Shown here one piece after another: positions 63,112 to 64,000 of a stretch of 64,000 nt of DNA. Below the pieces are notes generated by a model. It was not told the origin of the DNA, made no database searches, and worked only from the letters and a program-made list of their open reading frames with translations. The translations under genes and the position numbers were made by a program. Numbering within the stretch: position 1 is the stretch's first letter; the number at the start of each line of letters is the position of its first letter. Source of the stretch: Christensenella sp. UBA4379 (GTDB lineage: Bacteria; Bacillota; Clostridia; Christensenellales; Aristaeellaceae); assembly GCA_002391225.1 (NCBI GenBank), contig DGRV01000021.1, positions 7,589-71,588 on the forward strand, given 5' to 3'.

Positions 63112-64000
63112 ATGAACAGGCTGCTCAAAAACGTATCGCTGGTTCTGGTCCTGTGCCTGCTGTTTGCCGCCCTGCCCGCCGGCATGGCGGAGGGAGCGGT
63201 CGACCCTGATCTGACCTGCACCATCACCCTGGGCAACTGGCCGGCGGACACCGCGCCAGAGGCGGAAAAGGCCCTGTTCGAGGGCTACAAGGCCACCATG
63301 GCCAGGCTGTACCCCAACGTGACGCTGGTGCCGGATTATTACTCCTACACCCTGAGCAACTATGTGCCCATGGCCAAGGGCAACACGGCGCCCAGCATTT
63401 TCCAGCCCCCCTTCACCGATCCCCAGCTGCTGATCAGCCAGCACCTGGTGGGCGACGTGACCGACGCCCTGGAGGCCTACGGCGTGCTGGACAAGTTCAG
63501 CCCTTCCTATGTGGAAATGCTGGCGGATGAAAACGGCCGCATCTACGGCCTGCCCAGGGACGGCTACGTGCTGGGCATGCACATCAACATCGACCTGTTC
63601 CGCCAGGCGGGCCTCATCGACGAGGAGGGCCTGCCCATTTACCCTAAGACCCTGCAGGAAATGGCCGAATACGGCCAGATCATCCGGGAAAAGACCGGCA
63701 AGGCGGGCCTGGTGTTCCCGGCCAGCGAGACCTACGGCGGCTGGCTGTTTACCAACATCGCCTGGAACTTCGGCTGTGTGGGCGATAGCGCCCTGGAATA
63801 CCAGGACGAGGACGGCCGCTGGGTGTGCAATTTTACCTCCCCTGAGTGCGTCAAGGCCATGGAGTTCATGCGCGACCTCAAGTGGAAGTACGACATCCTG
63901 AACGCCGACGCCACCACCACCGACTGGGCCGGGGCTCATTCTCTGCTGGGTACCGGAGAAGCGGCCATGAACTTCGCCGCCGACGACAGCGTGGACCAGC
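63112..64000 (+). CDS. ABC transporter extracellular solute-binding protein (family 1, sugar type), 3' end cut by window edge
   Basis: Start MNRLLKNVSLVLVLCLLFAALPAGMAEG after AAGGAGG. The frame stays open to the window end. It is absent from the ORF track because no stop is reached. Confidence 0.8.
   Translation, partial: MNRLLKNVSLVLVLCLLFAALPAGMAEGAVDPDLTCTITLGNWPADTAPEAEKALFEGYKATMARLYPNVTLVPDYYSYTLSNYVPMAKGNTAPSIFQPPFTDPQLLISQHLVGDVTDALEAYGVLDKFSPSYVEMLADENGRIYGLPRDGYVLGMHINIDLFRQAGLIDEEGLPIYPKTLQEMAEYGQIIREKTGKAGLVFPASETYGGWLFTNIAWNFGCVGDSALEYQDEDGRWVCNFTSPECVKAMEFMRDLKWKYDILNADATTTDWAGAHSLLGTGEAAMNFAADDSVDQ

Noticed and set aside
62676-63251. The 192-codon upstream extension of the flavin reductase ORF (382-aa version).
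   Set aside because: The extension crosses two promoters and a T-run-rich spacer and has a nonsense-like composition. A strong AAGGAGGA SD precedes the internal MKKDLG start, which gives a normal domain protein of about 190 aa.
1-64000. CRISPR arrays, tRNA/rRNA genes, transposases, integrases, prophage genes, and reverse transcriptases (retrons or DGRs).
   Set aside because: I saw no spaced direct-repeat arrays, no tRNA T-arm-like GGTTCGAATCC-type motifs, and no ORFs with recombinase, transposase or RT motifs while reading both strands.

Overview
High-GC (about 60%) chromosomal segment that looks like a saccharolytic gut Clostridia/Oscillospiraceae-type Firmicute; taxonomy is inferred only from gene content and composition. 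I found no rRNA, tRNA, CRISPR array, transposase, integrase or phage genes.

Layout:
- 1-5 kb: an RtcB RNA ligase followed by two predicted nucleases, then small housekeeping genes.
- 5.3-10.7 kb: a 1142-aa secreted beta-helix polysaccharide lyase and a GH36 alpha-galactosidase.
- 10.9-12.7 kb: a low-GC islet with an AAA+ ATPase/PD-(D/E)XK fusion and an HExxH protein.
- 15.7-39.1 kb: a large intracellular glycoside-utilisation island. It holds GH10, GH3, an IUNH-like protein, GH2, an AraC regulator and a CUT2-type ABC transporter. These are followed by a 10.5-kb operon of GH78, GH3, pgmB, GH3, esterase, HAD and GH39.
- 39.2-41.9 kb: an alternating methyltransferase/membrane-protein quartet.
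- 42-50.5 kb: a decaying region with gene fragments, a multiply disrupted reductase-ligase fusion and several homopolymer-linked frameshifts. It is interleaved with an intact flavodoxin/OhrR/ZIP redox-metal cluster.
- 50.5-64 kb: mixed metabolism and regulation. Genes are Bfr-like, SDR, HAD, Dus-like, GltD-like, a LysR-controlled operon, MATE, 2-hydroxyacid dehydrogenase, DinB, flavin reductase and a partial solute-binding protein.

Most interesting hypotheses:
1. Two NagZ-type GH3 paralogs bracketing pgmB may form a retaining glycoside-phosphorylase pathway.
2. The low-GC ATPase-nuclease plus HExxH pair may be a defence-like module.
3. The RtcB/Cas4-like/YaiI triad may be an RNA damage and repair module.
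4. An identical 16-bp palindrome sits at the +1 region of two distant promoters.
5. A read-through arrangement may run antisense across dinB.

All functional calls come from motif recognition by eye. No searches were run.
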